Shown here: piece by piece, positions 11,180 to 24,568 of the stretch | Layout: each line of letters begins with the position of its first letter | Position numbering within the stretch: position 1 is the first letter of the stretch | Assembly: GCA_012295275.1 (NCBI GenBank) | Contig: CM022673.1 | Location: 2,542,001 to 2,606,000, forward strand | Length of the DNA stretch: 64,000 nucleotides | DNA from: Chrysomallon squamiferum | Taxonomy: Eukaryota; Animalia; Mollusca | Direction of reading: 5' to 3' | Translations under genes and position numbers: made by a program | Notes under the pieces: model-generated | Databases searched by the model: none | The model's input: the letters and a program-made list of their open reading frames with translations, nothing else | Told to the model about the DNA's origin: nothing

Positions 11180-14100
11180 GCAAACCTGGCGGGCTATCTG
11201 GAAAATAGTCTTTATATTCAAGTAAAACATTCTTACATTCTTACTTAAATATATACAACAAATACATCAGTAATTTCATAGCTCAATTATTGAGAAATGA
11301 AGATAATTCTCTAAAAAAATATTTTAATTTTTAAGTATTATTTTTATTTTACAGAGATGATTGAAGATAAATTACTAAATTATTTTTTAAATTTTTAATT
11401 GTTTTAATTGCAAATTTGAATTGCTTTGGCAATTTATTAAAATATTTTTAAAAATATGCACCTACTGGATTGAACTGATGCAGATATAATTAAATTCTTG
11501 TTTTGAAGCTAAAAGCAAATACCTTTTACTTTTACTTTTTTTCACAACGATCTGGGTTTATTTATTAAAAAGCTAGCTTTATTCAGGAAGTGTTTTTAAC
11601 TAAATTGCCATTGCTCGATTTGATTTTTTGTTATTTTTGTTATTTTTGTTATTTTTTTTTTTTTTTTTTGAGTTTGTTTCATTAGCACTGGCAGATGCCT
11701 GAGATTAAGGAGACAACTGAAAAAATAAATAGAACTTAAAATTAGTATCATTTAGAGCTGGAAACATTAACTCTTTCCATTACAGGATTTTTCTGAGATC
11801 ACGTTTCTTGTTAGGCTGAACATCAGCTTTTAGCTTAGCTTTTCAGCTACTGTGAACATGTGGTGTTTTTATTATTAATTCCAATTATTTCTGAAATAAA
11901 ACCTGATAATGATGATGATGTTTTTATTAAACTTCTTCTCTTTTGTATCCATGGACTAACAAAATAAAAGGAAGTAAAATTGACTTTACTTAATGAAGAT
12001 GAAAATGTGTAGAATCAGTTTAACATAGAAAATACCTATCTGTGAAATTAAGTGGTTTGTGAAAAGCTTTGATTTGTGCATTTTTGTCTACATAGAGGTA
12101 CATGTGAAAGACCTTTCCCTGTCATGATGCAATTACTGCTGTTGTCAGATTTCATGTATTATTTAAATAAAAAAATGTATAGAAAATAATTATTCATATA
12201 TTTTGAAGTGTTAAATAAAAATATATAAATTTTTACGATTTTGGGTATAAATCAGGGGTGAAATATTTGACCTTTGTTTACAGTAATTAATTTGTGCATG
12301 TGTATGCATTATTTCGTCTGTGTGTGTGTGTGTGTTGTATGGATGTATTAGAGAATGGGTTATAATAGTTTCACTAGTACTGTGATGCAACTAGTATATA
12401 CTATTTCATAGTGATATATCTAATAAAAGATACATTTTTCTTTTTCATCCTGTTTTGTGTGTTAGTGTTCATTGTTCCATGACATTTAAAATATTTCTCA
12501 GACGAGATTTACTCCATTGTAAAAGTTATTGAAAAATACTTTATCTTTTGTTGCTGTTTATGTTAAAAGGACAAAGAATAGGTTTATAAAGTTATGTGTA
12601 TCATAATCATTTGACATTTCTTAACAGCTTTGTTAAACGACGAAAATCATCTGTTGGACATTCATGAATATTGCCCATGTTTCTAAAGTGTACCATGCTG
12701 TTCAGTTTACATTAAACTTTCCAAAAGAGAAAAATAAAATATTTGTAACTGTAGATGTTAATATTTCAGCATTTGTGAAAGATACATGGCTTTGAAATAA
12801 AATATGGTGAAATACAAAACTGCTTCAAAGTTGGATTTTTATGTTGAACACACATTACACAATTGTAACAGTTTTTATTATTAGCAGAATATTGTGAATT
12901 TTATTATTTTTATGAGTGTACTGACTCAAAATAAGCTTAAGGGAATGGTCACATTATCAGTTTGTGTGTGGGTGTCTGTATGACATAGACAACTGCAAAC
13001 ATACATACATAAATGATAGAATGCAGAATAATAAATGTCAGCACTCTTGCCTATTATTTTACAAAGTAATTAATATAATTAACTGGCACTATTAATATAA
13101 GTGAATAATTCATTTTGTTTTAAACTCGTTAATTAAATTTTCTACAATAAATCTACAAGTCAGAACATTGGCATCTAAGTATTACTTAAGTGGCTTAGAA
13201 AAACACAAGTAAGGAGTGAGAAGCCAGTTTCAGTTGTTTACGTTTGTAATAAGATAAATACTTTTTCATCTAGATATCCGAAGTTTAAAGTATCGGTGAG
13301 TCAAAACATTCCAGGTCAGTTTAAAGGCACAGCCAGAATATCACAACTGGTTCTCACAAACATTACACCAATGAAGCCGAGTTCGTTTTCGTTTTTTCAT
13401 CAGTAAAAATTTATTATTAGTTTTTCATGTGTTTTCATACTTCTCAAGTCACAGATGGAGGTTTTGTATGTGTGTGGTCAGTGTTGACAGTTAAAATAAA
13501 TAAGAAATAGGGTCCTGTCAGAAAACATTAAAGATAGGAAGCTGTGAGAGGGCCACCCCAAAATACAGTTTTTAAATAGTGTGAGTAAATATTTTAGTAA
13601 ACGATTTGCAGTAATTTGTTGGGTAAAATTGTATGAGACATAACTCAGTGGCAAAGTTCTCTATATCTCTATCTAGTAAATGACTCCATGAGTCATTTAT
13701 CAAAAGCCGTGATATGCTGTTTTTTTTGGTCTGTGGAATGGTGGCTATAAAAGATCCCTTGTTGCTTGCTGAAAAGATACATTTAACTAGTGGTGGCAGT
13801 AGATTTTGTTTCTTGTCTGCACAATCCTTAGCCAGGCATTACACACAAGACTAACTGGAAATTAAAACTGTTGATTAAATAAAACATTTCTTCCTCACCT
13901 CTCTCATGTAGGTATAAAAATTTTGCTGGATGAATTTTGATTTATTAAATTTAGGTGCTAACAGCCCCCCAAAAATAAAAAAATAAAAAATCTTTTGTTT
14001 TTATGTTTAATTCTTAATTAGAAAAAAAAGAGAAAAAACACGCCCAAAACATCAAAATTAAGAAGAAAAGAACAGTTTATGGTAGGTTATTTTTATAATT

Positions 14101-17100
14101 ATAACATTCTTTAAATAAAAAGGAATAATAATAATCAGAATACAGATAATTTGGATATACATAAATATACATAAACATAACAGTGTTTGCAGTACAATGT
14201 TTGGTTTTATTTGAAACGAAATATTCATGAAGCTCCTTCAGATAGCCAGGCACATTCTTTATTGGCAAATAGTTGACTCCATAGTGTCTGTCTTTTGACT
14301 CTAGAACAAAGAGCAAGAACAAAAAAAAGAGAAATCCAGCTTGACATCATTTGCATGTGGTACCCCATCTATGTTGCATATTTTGAAACAAGAAAAAATA
14401 CTTTGCACTTTCTTTATGTGGTGTTAAAAATGGATGTTTTTATTACCAGAGAGACATACATCAGCATTTTGTCTTTGTCTGTTTGGCAGCTCTGCACCCA
14501 GAATGTTTTACCTCTGTCCTACGTTAGATGACTTACGGTTTTTCCATCTGTCTTCCACAGATGTCTGTAATGATTCTGAAAGGTGAGGCACTGGGTGCAG
14601 GCATTCCAAAATATTACTGAAAGATTATTTTCCTAATAATATCTTATTCTGAGTTACTCAGAGAATAAGAATCTAAGTAATTTTAGAAAACATAAATTTT
14701 ATTTTAATTAAAAAAAAAAAACATTTGGCACGATACTGAGATAAATTATTAGAGATCTTGTAATTGTTTAAGATTAAAAAAAAAAAAAAAAGAGAAAGAA
14801 AGAAAGGAAGGGGGGAAAAAACGCAAACGCAAGAGAAAATAATAAAGCACAAAAGAAAAAATAAGCAATCAAAATCATAATAATAAGAAATATAAAATGA
14901 ATATTTTCCATAACCATGTTCAAATAAAAGCAAAATAAATTCAGTATTGTTATATGGTAGAGTTGTGTTTTTTTTTTCTCACTCTGTTGCCATTTGTATG
15001 ATTCCTGCTGTTTTAATAATCCTTTCATTCACTGCCATTAAGAAAATATTTTTTTTCCCTTCTTCTTCTTCTGTCACTTGCAGAGCAGGCTGTTGTAAAT
15101 TACTTTCACACAAATAGGACAGAGATTTTAAAAATCATGATGGAAAGAAGAAAAATAAAAGCCAAAAAAAAATTACAACAAAATGTAAAAGAGAAGAAAC
15201 ACTCGTCTGACAGAAACCAGATCTGATTCATATCACATCTGTCAAAGATGGCCACAGTGTTTTCACCATGATGTGAATCACACAGTACTCATAGTGTGAT
15301 TGGAAACAGCCAGTTCTGTGTGTGAACATGGCCCTGTGGTTGGTCTCAGATACAGAATGGAGATTTAACACATCTCTAATATGGCTGGGTGTTCCAAGAC
15401 TCTCATCTTGAAGAGTGGCCAGTGTATAATGATGATGTCCAGTTACAGGACAGATGTAATGTTGCATGAAATGTGGTTATTTTAACATGCAGGAAATTGC
15501 TTTTCATGACTAGCTGTGTTTTTTTTAATGTGATGAATAGATTTGCAGGTGTTTCACAATCTTTTTGTAATTATTTCTTTAAAAAGAGAGGGAAATATCC
15601 TTTAGCAAAAATGTAAATCAGTATTCAACATATTTTTAATATTTTTAATTCTCAGTTAATAATAATAATGTTCACATGTAATAATGGTTATTTTGTGAAA
15701 TTTAAATAAAGTTGTTAATACATTAGTCTTTAAATAACATACACATGATATTTTTTAAAATGTGCTTTATATAACTAACTAAATAATTGCATACATTTAT
15801 GTACACATAAGCATATATGCTGGTGTGTGTATATATATTATATGGGAGAAATAATTCATTATTCATCCTGCATCATAATGCACAATGTATAAACCCATAT
15901 AAACCATACTAATGATGCAATGTATACTGTAACTGAACAATCATTTACTGTTATATAATCTTAAGAAAACATTTTTCCTGTATTATTTATGTGTGTTCCA
16001 TTTCTATTAGTGTTCACAAGATTCAGCTTTAATTAAAATCTTGTTTACAGAATCTAATAGTCTTAGATTTATAATGAAAGCAGTTTACTGAACTTCAGGT
16101 GAATGCCCCCTGTAACCATTATTTCAAAATACTTTTACCCATAATATATCTTGTAATAAGAAATTAATTTGTCACAGATTTTTATAATCAGATCTAGGTG
16201 AATTTCATAAACATTAAAAATCTGTACTAAAGAATAAATTCAGATGTGCGCACGCGCGCACATGCACACACACACACACACACACACACACTTGTTTGAT
16301 AAATAGTTCTAATTGCATTTCATAAACAGAGCAGATCTGCATATATTTCATAAATGGAGCCTGCATGCATCTGTTAGCTACAAAAAGTAACACCTGTTTG
16401 TATACAGAAATTTTGAATCATTTACAGATGTTTCAGTAAAGGTATCAAGTTTTTGTTAAGTGATTTATTTTCCCAGTGTATCATATTAATGACAATTGTT
16501 TGTGTGTTCAGGAATTACGCAAGGTTTTTTTTTAGTGGTCTGTAATTGAAATGTACATCAGAAGTAAGAAGAAAGATGACTAATATTTAATTTTGCTATT
16601 AACATTTGTACAATCATTGTAATTCCAAATCTGTAGCGAGAAGTGAAACTTACAAATTTTCATTAAAACTAATTCAGCTGTGAAAACCTATTAGCTGTTT
16701 TTGAGGAGAATGTAGTTTAAATCTCAAAATCCTAAAATTCAAAGGATTATTGGAATTATTATAGATACACTTCATTTAAATAGTTTTATTAAAATTCAGT
16801 TTAATAACTGGATAATTTTTTATAACAACCATTCTTTATTATTATATTTCTCTATAGAAAATAAATAGTGGACCTATTGTTTTTATTATATAAATATGAA
16901 TGCTCTATGACTGATTTATTGAAGGTTTTAACTTATAGTTTCTTGTCTCATATATAAAACATTTATGCTGATGTGTGTTAAGCTTTTAGAAACATTAATG
17001 ATTAAACAAATATTTATTGATTTCAGGCAGCAGTTTAAGTTATTGTCAGATTATATGATTACTATGAATAAAATTACATATCATCTCTTTTGTTTTTACT

Positions 17101-20100
17101 GTGTGTTGTTGAACCAAAATGGTGTAATATAATAACACTTTTAAAAAATATTTTGAAATGATTAAATATTCATTATTAGAGATAGTTGAGATTTTTTTTT
17201 TTTTTTTTTTTTAATTTTGGCTGAATGAATTTTATTGTTAACAAATTATTAATAAAAATAACAAATATTTGATTTTCGGGAAATTTTATATTATTTCATT
17301 CTGCAATGCTTCTTCTGAAATTTCTCAACATTTAATATTTACTAATTAATTTTTTTTAAATTTTATTATTGTTGATATAATTTAAAAATTTTTTTTTTTT
17401 TTTTAAAATTATTCTTTTTTAACATGAAATGTTTCCCATGCAAGATCTAACATCTGCTTCTTACTAAAAATGCTTTTATTAACCTTGAGATGTTATTCAT
17501 CTAACTTTCAGCAAGCACCAGTGACGGGGACTCGGCCTGTACCTGCCCTGACCATCTGTACCCCTGCGGTGGTCACTGCATATGCATTCCTCTTCAGTGG
17601 GTGTGTGACGGGGATGATGACTGCGAAGACCGGCATGATGAAATGTCATGCGGTAAGTCTGTAGTCACGTTTAATTTTCAGTGTAACTCAGACTGTTGTT
17701 AATACCTACAGGGTTAGGTAAAAAAAACACCAAAAAACAACAGTACAGAGTGATTAGTTGAAATTAACTGAGATTAATTATATTAAATGGCTGTATCTAT
17801 TGCTTTGTCAAGTCTGTTTGCATAGCTGTGTGAGATGTGACATTTAAGATATTCTAGAAAGAAGGGGAAAATGGCAGCCATCAAGCTCCTTGGGGAGTTT
17901 GTTGTTTTAATAATACTTCATTAGTAGTGAAGTTAAGTGTCTAACCACAAATGAATCATTAGAAAGTGTATAAACTATATTTGTATTATAGTTTCTAAAT
18001 AAGCTAAAAAATAAAACTTCTTCAGAATGTGAAATTAACTACAGATAGCAGCCATCTTTAAATGTTTTCTTTCCTCAGTCAGAAATTGTATGTCTGGCTA
18101 CTGTCAGCTTCAGAAATATCAGCATAAACAGTTCAACATCTGACCTGACCTGATCTGACCTGACCCGACCTGACTTTGCTTATCATTCTGACTTTGATTA
18201 TCATAAATATATAGAAATGACTTTAAAGTATGATGTCAAACTGATGATCTATCAGTTTTAAACAGAATTAACAACAGAATAAGAAAGAGAAAATAAGCCA
18301 GATAATTTGTGGTATTTATTTTTTGTAGACAATAAAAAAAAATGTAATTCATTTATAAATGTTTCTGAAATGATAATCAGTAATGAATATGATAGATTAA
18401 CATTGTCCAAGGATCTGATAATTTCTATAGTTATAAAATGAAATACTACAGATTGTAGTCATAACAGGTTACAAGATAAGTCATATTTAATGTGCCCTTT
18501 CCCATTCTCACAACTGGTATACCTAATAGTAAATATGTGTCTTTACTGATGTTGGTAACTGATTTTAATTGACAGCAAGCTCATAGGATAGCAGTGTTGA
18601 GAGGTTTCTTTTCTTGAATTAAGACAACAAAATTATATGATAATGAAATAATTAACTCTTTTGTCATCTCATCATCATTTTTGTTACAGAATACAATGTA
18701 TTTTCTAGAATAATTTATTTTTTAATTTTTTATTTTACATTCATCATAATTTTTGTTGCAGTTTTACATAATAAGCTTTTTGCAGTGAAATTAATATTAC
18801 AGCATTTCATTGATTTTTTAATTTAAAAAGGCTATGTATTGTGTAGAAAGGTTTGATTTGGATTTCTAAATATGAATACTTCAAATTAATATAAAAGAGA
18901 GAGAGAAGGGAGAAAAAAAATCTATACCCATAAAAGTTTGGGCTGATCTCAAATTCCACTCTTCTTTTGAAATTTGAAAATGCACCAGACTTTGTGTCTA
19001 GATTAAAGGAAGTGCACCATTCGATACTGACAGGTTCTTGAAAGTTTTAATGTGAGGAATGAATTGAAATATTGTAATAGAGCATTAATGGCACAGGCTT
19101 ACGAATTTTCCCCTATTTAATTTATTCTTTGCATTTGTGTTATGCTCAACACTGGTATTCATACTTACGTTTATGTCAGACTGTGTAAAGGTATTTTGTG
19201 TTTAGTTTAGTGCATGGTTGTGCATACTGTTATTGTATGTTGTAAATCTCAAAAAAAAAATTAAAAAAAAAATTATTGTTTGCACTGGATCCATGCTGTT
19301 AAGAGTTTGATATATTTTTTGTTTGTTTTTTTTTTTTTTTTTGTGTGTGTGTGTGTGTGTGTGTGTGAAATAAATGAAATATGATGTAATTTGAACATCT
19401 GGGCAAGTTTTATTATATTATTATATATTTTAATTTAGTTTTTTTCTTGTTTTTTTTAATTTTTATTATTAATATTATTATTACTTTTTCAATCTTTTCA
19501 TTTATTTATTTATTTATTTATTTATTTATTTGTTTGTTTATTTATTTTTATTTTTCAAAAGGATTGAGTAGATTAATTTTCTCATTTGTCTTAAATATAA
19601 AGAAGTAATTTAACTTCTCTTAGTGTTTTAAGATATCACAATCTTGCTTTATGTTTGATTTTGTACCAGGTATATCACTAACAAACATAATATTTAATGT
19701 GTATAAAACTTAAAATAAACAGTCTTTCTTGAGTGAATTTAGGAGTTATATATTTTGATGAATTTTGCTAAATTGTTATTAAAATATAATGGAACAAACC
19801 AGTTCCATTTTCATGTGATCCACAAAATAATGATCTAATCTTTAATTATTCAGCATCATTTCACTTTACCTCTAACAAACACCTGCCTTGTTATAGTTTG
19901 TACTTGATCTTTTCATTCTTAATGAATGTTATATTACTAATCTGGCTAACATTTCATGTACATTTATTTCATAAATAAAAAGTAAAGTATATGTTAGACA
20001 CCTTTGGAAACTGAGTTTGGTGAAAATTAGACTCCTTTTAGCAGAAGGATAATGAACAAAAGTGTTGCTGGTTTCTAATTTCATTCAAACATGCCAGGGC

Positions 20101-23100
20101 ATAATTTCTGTATATTATATGCAAAATAAAATGTAAAAATGAAGTAAACATATTTTAACTTATTTTGGTTGTACAATATTATAAAACCCCACAGATTTTG
20201 CTGCAAATATTCAAAAAATCCCTCATAAGCGGTCTGTTTAGAGTTAATGAAGCAAAAGCATCCAAGATTTTTTGTAATAATATATTAGAAAACCAGATGT
20301 TGGTGAAAAGATTAAAAATCTCTTGTCTATTGTTTAAGATATTTCTTTTCTTGAGGAACTCGTGGGTGCATGACAGAAAGTAATAAATGATGTTTCTTCA
20401 CACAATTGAGGAATGCAATATGAAGAGGAAAAGATGAACAGATAATCACAGTATCAGATCACTTGTACCTTTGTGAACTGTTTCAGAAGCAGATAAGGAA
20501 ACGTGATATATGTATATTGTCTGGAATAAAGAAAATGAAACATGGAACTGAGGATCATTGTTTCAGTTTTCAAGCTGGTTTTATGTTTCGCTATTCAAAT
20601 TTATGTCCTCTGGTTAAAAAGAAAGAAAAAACACATCCATCTGAAAATCATTGTTTGAGTTTATAAGTAGAATTTTTTTGTTGTTGTTATTGTTGTTGTT
20701 TTTGTTTAAATATTTTCAAATATTTATGGTTTGGTAAAGAAATGTTACAGGTTTTAGTTATTAATTTTTCCATATGTATTCCAATTAATATATATTATTT
20801 TATTTTATGTAGTATGTTTTTGTATTGAAATAATTTATAATACACTTACATTTTGTGAAGAATTATCATATTTTTAATATCCCTTTCAAATGTATGATAC
20901 CCGATGAAAAAACAGTACACTGATAGCTATTAAAGAGTTTGAATTATTTTTTTCTATTCAAATAAATGAGGTCAAATAAAAAAAAGAAAATGTCAATATA
21001 TCTGATAACCATTGTTTAATTATTTCAAGTTTGTTTTCTATATTTTAATATGAGATAACAAGAGGGGAAAAATAAATAGTCTGTGATAAAAACATTCAAT
21101 TATTGGATTAACTTTTATTTTTAATTTGTTGTTCATATTCATGTACAGTCAGAGAAAATTGGTATTGGTTTAGGGACTTTTTTCAAATAATAATTAAAAA
21201 GAGGACACAAGAACTCATTTGTATTATTCTGATTTTTGCTGACTCCTGAAAATTGCTTGGAAACAATAAAACAACTAAAATAAAAGGCCACTCTGTATGT
21301 ATTAATAATCTGTTCCTGCCATTAAGATTTCTTTTTCATTCCATGGGAAGATTTAGTTTAGACTAATATTACAGAATGCTTTTATCATAAGTGTTATCTG
21401 AAGACATACTTATAAAATACCACTTGCTGCTAATAAGAAAGGGCAGCTTATGTGTTTTAAGTGATGCCATCAGAAATGCATATTGTTTAGACTGAGTGTC
21501 TGTATTTAAATGTTTAAAATTGATAAAAAAAAAAACTGAGCCTGGAATAAAGCATGTCATTAACAAACATTCATTTCCTTTTTAGAAACAGATAAAGATT
21601 TTATAGAATTCAGCAGCAAATGCTAAACACAGTGGGATTGTGTCAGAGTGACACCATGCATTTGATCCGAGTTTACAGTTGATTTATCTTGCCATTCCAA
21701 ACTTGAGAAATGTCTTGATTGCCTCAAGATTATTTCTTTGTCGATAAAAGCTTCTCTGTTATTACTTTTAGCATTACGAATTTACATGTAAGAAAAAAAG
21801 AAGAAAAAGAAAAGAAAAAACAAGCTCAAAAAAACAATCTAAACATGCACAGAGTATTGGATTTGGCCAGATTGCTGAGAGGTGGTTCCTGTATCACAAC
21901 CTATAATGTTTAAACAAATAGCATTAATTGCAGATAGTACCATTAATGATGTTTGCAAAGTAACCTGAAACTTGAAACATAAACATTTTATAACACTGAC
22001 TGAGTCAAAAAAGCAGAATTTTTTTTTTTAAATAAACCAATCATGAAGCAAAAACTGGATATTAATTTACACAAAAAGAAAACTGATGGGGATAAAGAAG
22101 ACAAATATCAGTAAAAATATAATAGAAAGTGTTAAGATATTTGGAAGAAGGTGATAAAAAATATGATGATAGAATAAGAATGAACTAAAACTGAACTGTC
22201 TGAAATGTTCTTACAAATGTGGTTACACCCAATGAAGATTCAAGTACTGGCATTTGGTCCAGATAGTACAGATGTAAAAGTATTAGAGTGTGCAATGGTT
22301 TACATCACTACAGTCAGTTGTTGATAAGAGTGAAATCACAGCAGAAAGAAAGTATTGGCAAAACTCAAGCAAGTTATGTACCTGCTACAAGCTCGGGTGT
22401 AATATTATAACATAATGCTTAAAAAATGGATTACAGTCGCATGCTACACATAAGCATCCACTACTGTTGCAGTTTAAAGTTTCATAATCAGATTAGTAAA
22501 GAGAACAATTGGATGTTTTGAAGCTTTGGCATATTTCTGTAAACATTCAGAGACATCAGAAACTGAATAAACCATCATTGCTATTTGCAGGCTGGTCTCC
22601 AGTTGTTGATCTTTTGATTAATGGCTTTGGATTTAACATTGTCTGGCTGACAAAAGCTTGTTTACGGTGCTTACTGGGGCCTGTCTGAGCCCGCGTGCAT
22701 CTGACTGCATTTCTCCCATTAAACTAATGCATTAATGTCTTTTCTTCACAGGATACTGGACCCATTTGTGCTAGGAACGTGTAAGATATCCATTACTTAC
22801 CACATACAGTTGATTCACCAGACTTAAACAAATGAGCGCTGTGTTCTGACTAATAGGTGTGTGCCAAACAGAACTAGATAAGAAACACACAGAAACACAT
22901 GTTCAAAGATTACAGAGATCCTGATTTCTGTGGCAGTACAAGTTAATAATTTAATTATAAATAAGCTTGAACTAGATTTTAAACCAGAGATTTAAAAAAG
23001 AATAGCTATAAACTGAGAAATGTTTTAATCAATGTTTAAAATTTTAGTGAAGATTTAAAAAATTAACAATAACATTTGCTACAGATTTGAATTAAAAAAA

Positions 23101-23622
23101 CCAATGATAGATTGAGAAATGTTTTAAGATACATTTTTTTTTTAAATGATTGAAATGAAAGAATCAAATTGATAAATGCTTTCAAAACCATATTGGATTG
23201 CCTTTTTAATTTTTTAATTTTTGGTATTATTAGTACTATTAGTATTAGTATTAGTATTATTATAATCTAAAAAAATAAAAATTGCCAAAATAAAAAATAT
23301 ATATTTGAGAAGCATATTTTTTTCATAAGAAAATCAAAGAGCTGCGATCAGCTGTGAAAAATCCATTTTTGTAAAACATCATAAACTGTTGCGATATCAT
23401 GCGAGACTACAGAATTAGTGACATTCCTCTGCTTATCATCTTCAGCCTACTATGATGTGTGGTGAATTCCTTCAATTGTAAAATAGATGAATGTTTCACA
23501 CTCAACAAGATCTAGTTGATTTTCAGACTGATATGACTCGGATCTTAAACAGTCATAAGAAAAAAACAACAAAAATGCTAAAAATTTAAACAATTCTATT
23601 ATTTGACCTGAGGATATTTATG

Positions 23623-23657
<35 letters not shown>

Positions 23658-24532
23658 ACTTCTCCAATTGTGAACTTGAACTTGGTATATATAATTTACA
23701 GATCCACGTATCGTTACATATTTACATACATGTACCTTAAAATATTCACTGATAACAATTCTTTTTAACTTGATATTTCATTTCACCGAATTGCAATGAA
23801 ATAATGGTCTCAAACCTGTATTTACAATGACAGATAATGAAAATGTGTTAGAAAAGTAATTACTTTATCAACATTCATAATATATTTTATTAATAAAAAC
23901 TATCATTAACATAATGTCCTATTGCAGTAGGTCTAGTTTTTCTTGTACCTGACAATCAGATAAAATAATGCTGATCTTCATTTAATGTAATCATGAGGGA
24001 TAACGGTGAAAACATGTTAGAAATGTAAATGTTTCATGAATATTCATTTTACATTTTTATTCAGTTAAAATATTTCTATCATGGGCATGATGTCCTCCTG
24101 TAGTTATTAGTTCTGTGTCTGCCTATTTGAGTTCCGCTGTTCAAGTCCATTAACTGCCCGTCAGTTTTATGCCCTAAAACAGATAAAACTGAATTGGCTA
24201 TTTTACTCAACAGCCAAGTATCTTAACCTACAGGATCAGCGTGTTTGAGAGAACAACTCTCATTTCAAATGCATTTACTAAACTAATGGGAGCTGTTCTA
24301 TCATTATAGACATCATGAACTTCATAGCAGAGTATAAAATGCCACTATTGCTAGAAGAAACTATGAAGTGTCCTTTAAGATTAATTGGTTGAGCACTAGA
24401 CTCAAACTGAAAAGCCTTCTTCAAATTGTGTCTGTGGAAACTGAATGAAGTGTTACATTATTATTTTACTACCACTATTATTATTATTATAGTTATTGTT
24501 GATGAATTTTTTACATTTCTAATTCAGATATG

Positions 24533-24568
<36 letters not shown>

